DNA from: Ardenticatenia bacterium | GTDB lineage: Bacteria > Chloroflexota > Anaerolineae > 4572-78 > NAK82 | Assembly: GCA_003130875.1 (NCBI GenBank) | Contig: QEXY01000043.1 | Coordinates: 19,141 to 83,140, forward strand | Length of the DNA: 64,000 nt | Reading direction: 5' to 3' | Part shown: in pieces, positions 1 through 9,911 of the stretch | Layout of the letters: the number at the start of each line of letters is the position of its first letter | How positions within the stretch are numbered: position 1 is the stretch's first letter | Translations under genes and position numbers: made by a program | Notes under the pieces: model-generated | What the model saw: the letters and a program-made list of their open reading frames with translations, nothing else | The model's database searches: none | Told to the model about the DNA's origin: nothing

Positions 1-2
1 TG

Positions 3-302
3 GTGTTGGCCGACGAGCCCACTGCCAGTCTGGATACCGAGCGTGCCTATCAGGTCGTCGAGACCTTCGCCGACCTGATCCATGGGCATCGCCGTGCCGG
101 CATCATGGTCACACACGACCTGCGCATGTGCATCTACGTCGACCGCGTCATCCAAATGCAAGATGGACGCATCGTGCGCATTCTGTCCCAGCGAGATGAG
201 ATTGACGAGCTCGCCAGCGCCAAAAGGCAACGCACGAAGACAACGGCCGTCGCTGAGGTCACCGCGGCGAGTTCGGCACCGGACGGTCAGTTTCCTCGAT
301 AA
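3..302 (+). CDS. ABC transporter ATP-binding protein, C-terminal part (5' end upstream of window)
   Basis: ORF open to the window edge. Has Walker B/D-loop 'LADEPTASLD' and H-loop 'VTHD'. MacB/LolD-like. Confidence 0.85.
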   Translation: MLADEPTASLDTERAYQVVETFADLIHGHRRAGIMVTHDLRMCIYVDRVIQMQDGRIVRILSQRDEIDELASAKRQRTKTTAVAEVTAASSAPDGQFPR

Positions 303-1146
303 TGCCCAAAACGATGCCCCGTTGCGTTGCATTGGGCAGCCCATCAGTGTTGAGCCAGACCACACGACGGCCAAACCACATAGCGGACTCGCCGAGGCGA
401 TAAGCTTCGCGCGCCGCTGACCAGTCGTGCGTACCTAGCAGGAGAGCACACGGCGCATCGCCGAAGCGATTCAGCCGCTCTGCCAACCAATTATGCGCCT
501 TGACGGGCGTGGCAAGCACTACTGGTGTGCCGGGGAAATGGAGCAGATGGGCTCCAAATCGTTCATCTGTGGCGGTGATAATCTGCTCCCAATCCCATGC
601 GCGCTGGAGTCGGGTCAGTGCATCTTTCTCGTTTTGCACCCCGAGCACCACAGCGGCAATGCCCCACAGCGGCGTCGCCGTCAGTTGAGCATCGGGCGGC
701 ACACGCCAGGCCCGTGGTGTATGATCCTCAATCAGAAAAGGTAATAACGTGCCCGGTTCCCCCGTGCCCAGATAGCCCAGAACCCACTCCAAACGCACCC
801 CATCAGGCCGGTCACGGTGCATGAAGAACGGCCCGCGCACCGCGATGCCACGTGTCGCCAAGCGTGCTAACGCGCCGGCCACATCATCCACCCGCACCGC
901 CCAGGCGCATAGACCACCATCCCCAGTGATGTGCGCATGCCACCAGGGAGAAGGTTGGCCGGCCGTGCACGTGGAGATGAGCTCCACGTAGGAACCATCA
1001 GCAAAACCGATCAGCGCCATATGGGTGACGCCATTGGAGTGTATACCTCCATAGTGCGACGGGAATCCCAGCTGGGCCAGATCATTCCTCAATTGGGCAA
1101 GATCTCGACCCGCTATAGTGACATGGTCGATAGATAGTGTGCTCAA
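259..1146 (-). CDS. glyoxalase/VOC-like domain protein
   Basis: 295-aa ORF with a TTG start preceded by AGGAG. 'IDHVTIAGRDL...GSYVELIS' resembles glyoxalase-like fold proteins. Its 3' end overlaps the convergent ABC ATPase gene. Confidence 0.55.
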   Translation of the reverse strand: MSTLSIDHVTIAGRDLAQLRNDLAQLGFPSHYGGIHSNGVTHMALIGFADGSYVELISTCTAGQPSPWWHAHITGDGGLCAWAVRVDDVAGALARLATRGIAVRGPFFMHRDRPDGVRLEWVLGYLGTGEPGTLLPFLIEDHTPRAWRVPPDAQLTATPLWGIAAVVLGVQNEKDALTRLQRAWDWEQIITATDERFGAHLLHFPGTPVVLATPVKAHNWLAERLNRFGDAPCALLLGTHDWSAAREAYRLGESAMWFGRRVVWLNTDGLPNATQRGIVLGIIEETDRPVPNSPR

Positions 1147-1221
1147 TCGTGATAGCTCCTGTGTCTATTGAGGTTTTCGGTTTGTGTGTACCTCCGCTTT
1201 GTCAACACCTTTCCGCCGTGT

Positions 1222-1250
1222 TTGTCAAATCTGGGGAGACATGTTATGAT
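1222..1250 (+). promoter_or_regulatory. sigma70-type promoter TTGTCA-17-TATGAT
   Basis: Hexamers read directly, with a 17-nt spacer, about 65 nt upstream of the 1317 start codon. Confidence 0.4.
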
Positions 1251-1316
1251 AGATTTATAGTCAGTGTCTCCATTAAGTTTGCTGTGCGGTGGCCTCATAC
1301 GTGAAGGAGGAGCTCC

Positions 1317-2345
1317 ATGAAACACTTGTTCAGAGGGTGTTGGCCATGGCAACAGTGGCTCCTGCTGGTTCTCCCAATTCTGCTTGCTATGGCCGTGGAA
1401 GGAGTCCCCTATGCTTACTCGGCAGATGGGATCGTTCAGGGAGCGACTCCCATAGCACAGCGACCGCAAAATGCCTCCACACCAACCTTGCCGGCACCTG
1501 GGGAGCCAGAAGCTCAGCTAGCCGTTGCGAGCGAGCCATCATCCATCCCATCAGGAGCAACCTCTCCCGCTCCGGGCCAACAGAGCGGCGCATTCCAGGC
1601 ATCCTTAGCGCAACCTTACAATCTCATTGTTAACGGTTCCTTTGAGGATGGATTCGTGGAGGGAGTTGCGATCGGCTGGCAGCCATTTGCCACTGCCGGG
1701 GTGCGTGCCGGCTGGCATGACGACACCTGGCGACCTGTCCTGTATGACGGCAATCACGCTCAGCTGTTGGCACTCAAGGATGCTCAGGAGCGCGATCGTT
1801 ATGTGGGGATCTTTCAGACAGTGCCAGTTGTGCCAAACGTTGATTACCTTTTAACTCTTCACGGTCTGGTGCGCTCCGATGAGGGATCGGTCACAGCCTC
1901 CGACTACGGTTACCGGTTGCAATATGGTATCGACTATGCGGGTGGCAACGACTGGCGATCACCCCAGATTGAGTGGGTCGAGTTGCCGTGGGATGAACAA
2001 CCGCGTACCGCTCCACCCCCAGGAGGATATCGCATCGAGACCTATACAACCACCATTCGGGCGCAGAGTCTGATGTTGACCCTTTTCGTCCGTGGATGGA
2101 AGAAGTGGGTTAACACTGCCGAGGGCAACTACAATGTGGATGGCATCAGCTTGGTAATGGCACAGGCAGCTGTCCCCACAGCCAGCATAACCGCCCCTGA
2201 GAGTGCCCCGTCCGCACCGCCGTCATCGATGCCCCAGACGGGTGCGTCGGTGACTGAGAGCGGTCGATTGGTGCCGGCCAGCATCGCACTGGTTATCCTG
2301 CTGGTGGTCGGTGTCCTCTGGCGATCGAGGCAGCGCCATGGGTGA
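1317..2345 (+). CDS. secreted beta-sandwich (CBM4/9-like) protein with C-terminal MPQTG + TM + basic tail (sortase-type sorting signal)
   Basis: GAAGGAGG RBS and an N-terminal signal peptide. 'NLIVNGSFEDGF' jelly-roll start. C-terminus is 'MPQTGASVTESGRLVPASIALVILLVVGVLWRSRQRHG'. Confidence 0.7.
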   Translation: MKHLFRGCWPWQQWLLLVLPILLAMAVEGVPYAYSADGIVQGATPIAQRPQNASTPTLPAPGEPEAQLAVASEPSSIPSGATSPAPGQQSGAFQASLAQPYNLIVNGSFEDGFVEGVAIGWQPFATAGVRAGWHDDTWRPVLYDGNHAQLLALKDAQERDRYVGIFQTVPVVPNVDYLLTLHGLVRSDEGSVTASDYGYRLQYGIDYAGGNDWRSPQIEWVELPWDEQPRTAPPPGGYRIETYTTTIRAQSLMLTLFVRGWKKWVNTAEGNYNVDGISLVMAQAAVPTASITAPESAPSAPPSSMPQTGASVTESGRLVPASIALVILLVVGVLWRSRQRHG

Positions 2346-2426
2346 TGGAACATCCCTTGCTGGTCGTTCATTTGAAAGGCCGGTTCATACCGGTCTGTTC
2401 CTATCTCTGGCCAAGGAGGACCTGGA

Positions 2427-3563
2427 GTGAAACTCTCTTGTCTGCAAGAGAACCTGGCTCATGGATTGGGTGTTGTAGGACGTGCAGTCTCGAGCCGTAG
2501 CACGCTACCTGTGCTTGCCAATGTGCTGTTGGCCACCGATGGTGGTCGTCTCAAGATCGCTGCGACCAACCTAGAAATTGGCATCAGCTGTTGGGTAGGT
2601 GCCAAGGTCGCCGAGGAGGGAGCCATTACCGTACCGGCGCGGCTGCTAACCGAGTTTGTCAATTCGTTGCCCCCTGAACCGATTGACATGGAGCTTTCGG
2701 TGCGCACGCAGACGCTCCACCTGCGCTGTGCCCGCTTCGAGGCGAACATCAAGGGCATCGATGCACAAGAATTCCCGATTGTGCTCACTGCCGAGGAGGG
2801 CACGCCCTTCGCCACGATCCCTCCGGATGCGTTGCGCCAGATGATCACGCGGATTGTGTTCGCCGCCGCCACCGACGAGAGCCGCCCCATCCTGACGGGT
2901 GTGTTGACCACCTTCGAAGGCGATCGGCTGACCATGGCGGCGGCCGATGGCTATCGGTTGTCGGTCGAGCACATCACGCTCGAAAGGAGTGTGCCAGAGA
3001 AAGTGGAAGTGCTGGTGCCGGCACGTGCACTGGCCGAACTGGCCCGCATCTCCGCCGATCAGACGGAACCGATTGGGGTCATCATCACACCGACGCGCAA
3101 TCAAATTCTCTTCCATCTGCAAAACATCGATCTGGTCTCTCAGCTCATTGAGGGACGTTTTCCTGACTATCGCCAGATCATTCCGGCCAGCTACACCAAT
3201 CGCGCCATCCTGGACGTGCAGAGCTTCCTGAAGGCGACCCGCGTCGCCCACCTCTTCGCGCGCGATTCGGCCAACATCGTGCGACTTGAGATCACCGCCG
3301 GCGACGAGCTGATGCCTGGACGGGTGACCCTGACGGCCACCAGCAATCAGCTGGGCGATAATGTCGGCCAGCTGGATGCGATTGTAGAAGGAGAACCGAT
3401 TCAGATTGCATTTAACGCCAAATATCTCATCGACGTGCTCTCGGTGATCGACAGCGCGCAGGTCGCCCTGGACACCATCTCGCCATCCAGCCCGGGAGTG
3501 CTGCGCCGGACGAGCGATGACCGCTTCGTGCACGTGATTATGCCGATGCACCTGTCGCACTGA
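2427..3563 (+). CDS. dnaN: DNA polymerase III subunit beta (sliding clamp)
   Basis: 378 aa, GTG start after AAGGAGG. 'LPVLANVLL...LKIAATNLEIGI' and C-terminal 'VIMPM' are typical of DnaN. Confidence 0.95.
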   Translation: MKLSCLQENLAHGLGVVGRAVSSRSTLPVLANVLLATDGGRLKIAATNLEIGISCWVGAKVAEEGAITVPARLLTEFVNSLPPEPIDMELSVRTQTLHLRCARFEANIKGIDAQEFPIVLTAEEGTPFATIPPDALRQMITRIVFAAATDESRPILTGVLTTFEGDRLTMAAADGYRLSVEHITLERSVPEKVEVLVPARALAELARISADQTEPIGVIITPTRNQILFHLQNIDLVSQLIEGRFPDYRQIIPASYTNRAILDVQSFLKATRVAHLFARDSANIVRLEITAGDELMPGRVTLTATSNQLGDNVGQLDAIVEGEPIQIAFNAKYLIDVLSVIDSAQVALDTISPSSPGVLRRTSDDRFVHVIMPMHLSH

Positions 3564-3585
3564 ACCGATGTCAGGGATAATGACA

Positions 3586-3621
3586 AGAGCGAGGCTGTAG
3601 TACGCCTCGCTCTATTTGTTT
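3586..3621 (+). terminator. intrinsic terminator after dnaN (10-bp perfect stem + T-rich tail)
   Basis: AGAGCGAGGC-tgtagtac-GCCTCGCTCT followed by ATTTGTTT. Lies between convergent dnaN and trxB. Confidence 0.7.
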
Positions 3622-3623
3622 CG

Positions 3624-4586
3624 TCACCGTGGGAGTGTCCTATCTTCTGCTGATGCGGGCATGCTTGCCTCTAGCTCGGCTAACCAGCGAGTGGCTTCGA
3701 TGGCCGCGCGCGCTCCTTCGCCCGCCGAGGTGACATTCTGACGGAAGATGGGATCAGCCACTTCGCCAGCGGCAAACACACCTGGAATGTTGGTGCGGGT
3801 GCGTTTGTCAGTGATGATGTACCCGTTCTCGTCCATATCCAGCTGGCCGCGGAAAATCTCGCTGTTAGGGGTATGTCCGATAAAAATGAAGACCCCATCT
3901 GTGGGCAATCGTGAGACCTCGCCGGTGACCACATTGCGCAGCGTGACCGCGGTCACCTCCTGCGGCCCGTGGATTTCCGTGACAACCGAATTCCAGACGA
4001 ACTCGATCTTCTCATTGCGCCGGGCACGTTCCTGCAGGATGTAGCTGGCACGCAGCTGATCGCGACGGTGGATGATACGCACGCGCGTCACATAGCGTGT
4101 CAGGAAGAGCGCTTCTTCCAATGCGGAGTCCCCGCCGCCTACTACTACAACCTCTTTGCCACGAAAGAAGAAGCCATCACACGTGCCACAGTAGCTGACT
4201 CCATGGCCGGTGAGCTCCACCTCGCCTGGAACCCCTAGCTTGCGCGGCGAGGCACCGCTGGCCACGATCACCGCTTTGGCATAGTACTCCGCGCCATAGG
4301 TCTTGATCCAAAAGGGATGCCCCCGCAGATTGACTTCAATGGCCTCATCGTACACCATGCGGGCACCAAAGCGTTCCGCCTGACGATGGACGCGCTCCAC
4401 CAGCTCAGCACCTGTAATGCCATCTGGGAAGCCTGGAAAGTTCTCGATCTCGTTGGTGATAGCTGGCTGTCCCCCCACCATAGCCCCAGTCAGCACAACA
4501 GGGCTGAGATTGGCGCGCCCGGCGTAGATAGCTGCAGCCATCCCTGCCGGGCCAGAGCCAATAATGACAAGGTTTTCGACCGTCAT
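3624..4586 (-). CDS. trxB: thioredoxin-disulfide reductase
   Basis: 320 aa. Has 'VIIGSGPAG' FAD motif, redox 'CGTCDG', and a second dinucleotide motif 'VVGGGDSA'. Confidence 0.9.
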   Translation of the reverse strand: MTVENLVIIGSGPAGMAAAIYAGRANLSPVVLTGAMVGGQPAITNEIENFPGFPDGITGAELVERVHRQAERFGARMVYDEAIEVNLRGHPFWIKTYGAEYYAKAVIVASGASPRKLGVPGEVELTGHGVSYCGTCDGFFFRGKEVVVVGGGDSALEEALFLTRYVTRVRIIHRRDQLRASYILQERARRNEKIEFVWNSVVTEIHGPQEVTAVTLRNVVTGEVSRLPTDGVFIFIGHTPNSEIFRGQLDMDENGYIITDKRTRTNIPGVFAAGEVADPIFRQNVTSAGEGARAAIEATRWLAELEASMPASAEDRTLPR

Positions 4587-4773
4587 AGGATTATCACCTG
4601 CCTGTATCTCACTTTTTTATTTAGGCGTATTTTTTATTGAAGCATAGCGCACCGGCATATGATCGACGCTGGAGCGAAGCTAGAATCGCGCAAGAAACCC
4701 TGCTGGATGTTGAGATAGATACTTGGCTGCTCCACATGTTCCTCTGGGCACTGCCCGTTCATCCTTCGACACC

Positions 4774-6042
4774 CTACTGCTTGCGATACGGCTGCCCGTC
4801 GGCGGCGGGCGGGGTCGTGCGACCGATCACTCCGGCGACGGCGATCATAGTGAGGATGAAGGGCAGCATGCCGATAAACTGATAAGGAACGTTCACCTCC
4901 AGGATCTGGAATTTGAAGTTGAGCGCGTCGGCGAAACCGAACAGCAAAGCACCAGCGGCGCCGCCGAGCGGGTTCCAGTTGCCAAAAATCATCGCTGCCA
5001 GTGCGATAAAGCCACGATTGTTGGTCATCAGGTCATCGAAATGGCCTACCGTCTCTAATGAGAACCAGGCGCCACCCAACCCAGCCACGCAGCCGGCCAG
5101 GATAACGTTCACATAGCGAATCTTAAACACGTCGATGCCCACTGTGTCTGCAGCGCGCGGATGCTCCCCCACCGCCCGTGTGCGCAATCCCCACGGTGTG
5201 CGAAAGAGCACGAACCACACCAACGGCACTAACACCAGCGCGGCATACACCATGGGCTGGTACTGAAACAGGATGGTGCCAAGGATAGGGATATCCCACA
5301 AAGGCGTCCCCTGAAAGACATACGGGAAGAGTCCTGGGGCGCCGAAGGGGTTCTTGAGCAGAAAAGCGGCGCGGATGTATCCGCTGACGCCCACCGCCAG
5401 GATGTTGATGCATGTGCCGCTGATGATGTGGTCCACCATAAGCTGAATAGTCAGCAGCGCGTGCAGGGTGGCCATAAAGCCCCCCGCTAGGATGGCGGCC
5501 AGCAATCCTAACCACATGTTTTGCGCATACAAGGAGACCATATACCCCACCGCAGCGGCGGTGAGCATCATACCCTCGATGCCGATGTTGATAATGGCAC
5601 ATCGCTCGCACATCACGCCGGCGAGCATACCCAGCATAATCGGCGTGGCCAGCCGCACGCTGTCCTTGATTAGCCCTACCAGGTCGATGCTCTTGTCCGT
5701 AGCAGCGGCGATGATGGCACCCAACACGATCAATACAGCGCCGCCGCCGAGCAACATACTGGTGGCACGTTCCGGGGGTGAGCAAAATAGGGCATACAGG
5801 CCAGTCAGCCCTAGCAACAGTCCGATCACGATCAGGCTGGGCTGGGTAGGCACTGTCAGACGCAGCGGTGGGGGTTGCAGGATGACCCCCAATCCCAGGC
5901 GCGAGAGGGAGTCCGGCGGGCTGGCACGCAGCGTCCAGACCAGAATGATGATCGCCAGCACCAAGTAGAACAATCCCAGGCCGCGCGCCCGATTGAGGAA
6001 GCGTTTTCGTCCGCCGGGGTTGATTTGTGCAACCGGGTTCAT
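4774..6042 (-). CDS. ABC transporter permease (BMP/nucleoside-type, BPD_transp_2 family)
   Basis: 422-aa polytopic membrane protein. Start lies 4 nt after the stop of the upstream permease gene. Confidence 0.85.
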   Translation of the reverse strand: MNPVAQINPGGRKRFLNRARGLGLFYLVLAIIILVWTLRASPPDSLSRLGLGVILQPPPLRLTVPTQPSLIVIGLLLGLTGLYALFCSPPERATSMLLGGGAVLIVLGAIIAAATDKSIDLVGLIKDSVRLATPIMLGMLAGVMCERCAIINIGIEGMMLTAAAVGYMVSLYAQNMWLGLLAAILAGGFMATLHALLTIQLMVDHIISGTCINILAVGVSGYIRAAFLLKNPFGAPGLFPYVFQGTPLWDIPILGTILFQYQPMVYAALVLVPLVWFVLFRTPWGLRTRAVGEHPRAADTVGIDVFKIRYVNVILAGCVAGLGGAWFSLETVGHFDDLMTNNRGFIALAAMIFGNWNPLGGAAGALLFGFADALNFKFQILEVNVPYQFIGMLPFILTMIAVAGVIGRTTPPAADGQPYRKQ

Positions 6043-6045
6043 CGC

Positions 6046-8190
6046 TTATCCTCCCCATCCGCGTGTGAAGACCACCTCTTTTTCCTCGCGCGCTCGGAGC
6101 CGATACAGCCAGCGGATGATCTGATCGGCAGCGATGAACATGATCACCAACCCCTGAATGATATTGACCAGGTCAATTGAGATCGCCTGGGCGCGCACTT
6201 GCATCAGACCGGCGCCATTGCGCAAGGCGCCCCACAAAAAAGCTGCGGGGAAGATGCCAAGTGGATGGCTTTTGGCGAGCATAGCGACCGCGATGCCATC
6301 AAACCCGAACCCGGTGGAAAACGCAGCTTTCAGTGCATACTCGCTCGGACGACCCAGCACCACGTCCAGCCCCCCTATACCGGCTAGCATCCCAGAAAGC
6401 GCCATAGCCAACACAAAATTGCGCTTCACACTAATGCCGGCATAGCGCGCTGCGCTGGGGTTTGCGCCTACTGTGCGAATCTCAAAGCCCCAGGTGGTCT
6501 TGAACAGGAAATACCACACCAGCCCGATGGCCGCGAGCGCCACCAGCACGGCGGAGTGGATGTTGAGCTCGGGCACCAACAAGGGAAAACGCGCCGACTC
6601 GGCAACAAAGGGAGTGCGGTCTAGTGTCGCCGTCACATCCTTGAGCGGATTCTTGACCAAGTAATCCACCGTCTTGACCGCGATGTAGTTCATCATAATC
6701 GTGTTGATCACTTCATGCGCACCAGTGATCGCCTTGAGCGCGCCGGGGATCGCGCCCCAGATGGCGCCTCCCAACGCGCCGGCGGCGACCGCTAGCGGCA
6801 GATGAATATAGATGGGCAAGCCGGTGACGGAAAAGCCGACGATTGTGGCGCAAAGCGCCCCCATATACAGCTGACCTTCCACCCCGATGTTGAACAAGCC
6901 ACACTGAAATCCTAACGCGACGGCAAGGCCGGCCATGATGTACGGAGTGGAGTAGATCAAGCTGCCTGCCAAGGCACGCGCCGAGCCGATGGCACCCTCA
7001 TATAATCCACCGTAAGCGGAGAGCACCAGGGCGCTCGCTTCGGGGATCACCTGCTCCCACGGCTGTCCAGTGCCGCGCAGATCCGCCGCACGGGTCACCC
7101 AGATGACAATGGCGCCGATCAGCAATGCAGTGATCACAGCCAGCACCAGGACGGCCAGCTCACTCCAGTTCCACACGCGCAGCCACTCCCAGAGTGTCTC
7201 CATCTGATCCTCGCCTGCAGGGCCGACGCGCGTCTGCAGTGTGCCATCGCGCAAGCGCCTGGACACCTCGTTCAGGCGAGCACGGATCTCTGGCGAGATA
7301 GCTCGTTCTGCCGCGTGGAACGGTGCCAGGCCGATGCCGTCATTGCGCAAGCTGCCCAGCCAATTGCTCCCACCGCCGAAACGCCCTGCCACCCAGTCGC
7401 GCACTGCCCTCTCAACCGCTACATCCACCCGCTTCACCGCGCTGGAGAGCAGCCGGTCGCTGCCGGGTACACGTCCTCCTGCAAACGTGGTGAACCACTC
7501 GTCTTGATCCACCCCAATCACCCAGGCGCCTGCCTCGGCAGCGGCGCGGATGGCACCGCTGCCCGTGCGCCCGCCGGCGCCGAAGATGACATCCGCGCCA
7601 CGTTCGATGAAGGAGAGCGCCACCGAACGCCCCTTGTCCGGGTCGTCGAAGGATTCCACATGTTCGCTCAGGACGCGCACTTTGGGGTTAACGTAGCGAG
7701 CGCCACGGGCAAACCCTTTGCGGAAACGTACCACCGGAGGCACCGACTCACCGGCAACCACCCCGACCACGTTGCTCTTGGTGACACATCCGGCCAGAGC
7801 GCCGGCCAGGAATCCCGCCTGGTCCTCGGCAAACACCACGCTCAGCACGTTAGGCAGCGATGGCTGGACGACAAAATCCACCGTGACGAAGGCCACGTGC
7901 GGGTGCTCCTTCGCCACCCGTTCTACCACCTTGCCCAATCCACTGCCTACTGTGATGATCAGCCCACACTGCTCCTCGATCAGGATGAGCAGGTTGACCT
8001 CATGATCCTCAGGACGCCGCGTTTCGATATACGTGTATTCCAAGCCCAACTCGGCGACAGCACGCTGGATTCCCTCGTGAGCATATTGATTGAAGGTGCC
8101 ATCGTCAATGCGGCCCACATCAGTGACCAAACCGACCCGCATCGGTTTGTCCGTTCTTCTCAATCCCGCATCACGATTGAACACTTGCAC
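6046..8190 (-). CDS. fusion protein: N-terminal BMP-family (PnrA/Med-like) substrate-binding domain + C-terminal ABC permease
   Basis: 714 aa. Residues ~17-330, 'VGLVTDVGRIDDGTFNQ...VIGVDQDE', match BMP-family binding proteins. Residues ~340-714 are a polytopic permease ('GLFNIGVEGQLYMGA'). No signal peptide or lipobox at the N-terminus. Confidence 0.8.
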   Translation of the reverse strand: MQVFNRDAGLRRTDKPMRVGLVTDVGRIDDGTFNQYAHEGIQRAVAELGLEYTYIETRRPEDHEVNLLILIEEQCGLIITVGSGLGKVVERVAKEHPHVAFVTVDFVVQPSLPNVLSVVFAEDQAGFLAGALAGCVTKSNVVGVVAGESVPPVVRFRKGFARGARYVNPKVRVLSEHVESFDDPDKGRSVALSFIERGADVIFGAGGRTGSGAIRAAAEAGAWVIGVDQDEWFTTFAGGRVPGSDRLLSSAVKRVDVAVERAVRDWVAGRFGGGSNWLGSLRNDGIGLAPFHAAERAISPEIRARLNEVSRRLRDGTLQTRVGPAGEDQMETLWEWLRVWNWSELAVLVLAVITALLIGAIVIWVTRAADLRGTGQPWEQVIPEASALVLSAYGGLYEGAIGSARALAGSLIYSTPYIMAGLAVALGFQCGLFNIGVEGQLYMGALCATIVGFSVTGLPIYIHLPLAVAAGALGGAIWGAIPGALKAITGAHEVINTIMMNYIAVKTVDYLVKNPLKDVTATLDRTPFVAESARFPLLVPELNIHSAVLVALAAIGLVWYFLFKTTWGFEIRTVGANPSAARYAGISVKRNFVLAMALSGMLAGIGGLDVVLGRPSEYALKAAFSTGFGFDGIAVAMLAKSHPLGIFPAAFLWGALRNGAGLMQVRAQAISIDLVNIIQGLVIMFIAADQIIRWLYRLRAREEKEVVFTRGWGG

Positions 8191-8357
8191 ACCTGTCCTC
8201 GCGAACTTTCATGAACAAGTTTCTGGGCGCAGAATGGCATTATCACCAGCACCCCGAGCCTTTACCTTCCCACATACCCATCATACACTTTCCTCGCTTG
8301 CAGGTTCGGAATCCATGGGGAGATTTCCAGGTGTTCCATCGAGACATCTGGTGCTGG

Positions 8358-9911
8358 CTATGCACGCGGCTCCGCTGCACCCACTGCCTCGGTAATCGGA
8401 TGGGACATAACGCCGGCCATCCACAAGCCCAGTTCAGCACGGTCGACTTGCTCCGCTTCAACTGTGGCGACGATGCGACCTTTGTACATGACCGCGATGC
8501 GGTCAGCCAGCGACATGATCTCGTCTAGCTCTGCCGAGACTAGCAACACAGCCACCCCCTGATCGCGTGCTTGGATCAGCCGCTTGTGGATGAATTCAAT
8601 CGATCCGACATCCAGGCCACGGGTGGGCTGGGCAGCGATTAACAGCTTGATGGGACGCGAGAACTCGCGCGCCACGATCATCTTCTGCTGATTGCCCCCC
8701 GACAAGTTGTTCGCTGGCACATAGACACTCGGCGTACGGATGTCGAACTCATGCACCAACCGCCAGGCGTGCTCTTCGATAGCCCGATGGTTGAGGACGA
8801 ATCCCTGGGCGAAGGGCGGACGGTAATACGTGTTCAGCACCAGGTTGTCGGCGACAGGATATTTGCCCACCATGCCATGCTCGTGACGGTCTTCGGGGAT
8901 ATGCGCGACGCCTTGCTCGGAAATGCGACGCGGTGAGACATTTGTCACCTCAACGCCGTCAATCATCACGTGTCCGGCGACACTGGGCCGCAGGCCGGTG
9001 AGCGCTTCTACCAATTCGGTCTGGCCGTTGCCTTGCACCCCAGCAATCCCCAACACTTCTCCAGCGCGCACTTCGAACGTGGCGCCGTTGACCACCATCG
9101 AACCTCGGTCGTCCAAAACCTTGAGATCTCGCACCTCTAGCACCGTTCTTCCCGGCCGCGCCGGCTGTTTCTCCACCGTGAGGATCACCTCACGCCCCAC
9201 CATCATGGCAGCCAGTGAGCTTTGGGTGGCGTCGGATGGCCGGGTGGTGCCCACTACGCGACCGTTGCGCAACACCGTGATGCGGTCGGCCACCGCAAAC
9301 ACCTCGCCCAGCTTGTGCGTGATGAAGATGATGCTCTTCCCTTGCGCTGCCAGCTCGCGCATAATGGTGAACAGATCATCCACTTCTTGGGGAGTCAGCA
9401 CTGCGGTGGGCTCATCGAGGATGAGAATGTTGGCCTGACGGTAGAGTGCTTTGACGATCTCCACACGCTGCTGGACGCCCACCGGCAAGTCTTTGATGTA
9501 GGCGTTCGGATCGACCTCTAAGCCATATTGGCGTGAGATCTCACGAATGCGTTGCGCGGCAGTGTTCCGGTCGAGCACAAAGCCACCCTTCACGATCTCT
9601 GTGCCCAGCATGATGTTTTCGGCCACTGTCATAACCGGGATGAGCATAAAGTGCTGGTGTACCATGCCGATGCCCAACCGGATGGCATCGGTGGGCGCGC
9701 CGATATGCACTTCATGGCCGTTCAGAAAAATGTGCCCTTCATCAGGGCGGTAGAGACCATAGAGGATGTTCATCAGAGTGGATTTTCCGGCACCGTTCTC
9801 GCCCAACAGGCAATGAATCTCACCCTTCTCCAGGGCGAAATCGACGTGGTCGTTGGCCAGGACACCCGGAAACCGTTTAGTGATGCCGCGCATCTCCAGA
9901 GCGAAGGTCAT
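8358..9911 (-). CDS. ABC transporter ATP-binding protein, duplicated ATPase (sugar/nucleoside-importer type)
   Basis: 517 aa. Walker A 'GENGAGKST'; two ABC signatures ('LPVGVQQRVEI', 'LSGGNQQKMIV') and two Walker B motifs. Confidence 0.9.
   Translation of the reverse strand: MTFALEMRGITKRFPGVLANDHVDFALEKGEIHCLLGENGAGKSTLMNILYGLYRPDEGHIFLNGHEVHIGAPTDAIRLGIGMVHQHFMLIPVMTVAENIMLGTEIVKGGFVLDRNTAAQRIREISRQYGLEVDPNAYIKDLPVGVQQRVEIVKALYRQANILILDEPTAVLTPQEVDDLFTIMRELAAQGKSIIFITHKLGEVFAVADRITVLRNGRVVGTTRPSDATQSSLAAMMVGREVILTVEKQPARPGRTVLEVRDLKVLDDRGSMVVNGATFEVRAGEVLGIAGVQGNGQTELVEALTGLRPSVAGHVMIDGVEVTNVSPRRISEQGVAHIPEDRHEHGMVGKYPVADNLVLNTYYRPPFAQGFVLNHRAIEEHAWRLVHEFDIRTPSVYVPANNLSGGNQQKMIVAREFSRPIKLLIAAQPTRGLDVGSIEFIHKRLIQARDQGVAVLLVSAELDEIMSLADRIAVMYKGRIVATVEAEQVDRAELGLWMAGVMSHPITEAVGAAEPRA

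Noticed and set aside
2646-3560. Long antisense or alternative-frame ORFs inside confident genes, e.g. 2646-3560, 5123-6058, 7315-8214, 25507-26313, 40267-40977, 43289-43909, 44636-45448, 49415-50140 and 58594-59373.
   Set aside because: They are typical high-GC shadow ORFs. They have Arg/Pro/Gly/His-rich composition, no recognisable motifs and no RBS, and each is fully overlapped by a gene with clear family signatures.
8191-8357. 167-nt gap inside the BMP ABC operon as a possible internal promoter or regulatory RNA, with a TATGAT-like -10 and CCAGCACC/GGTGCTGG long-range pairing.
   Set aside because: There is no acceptable -35 at proper spacing, and the pairing is a single 8-bp match. The evidence is insufficient.
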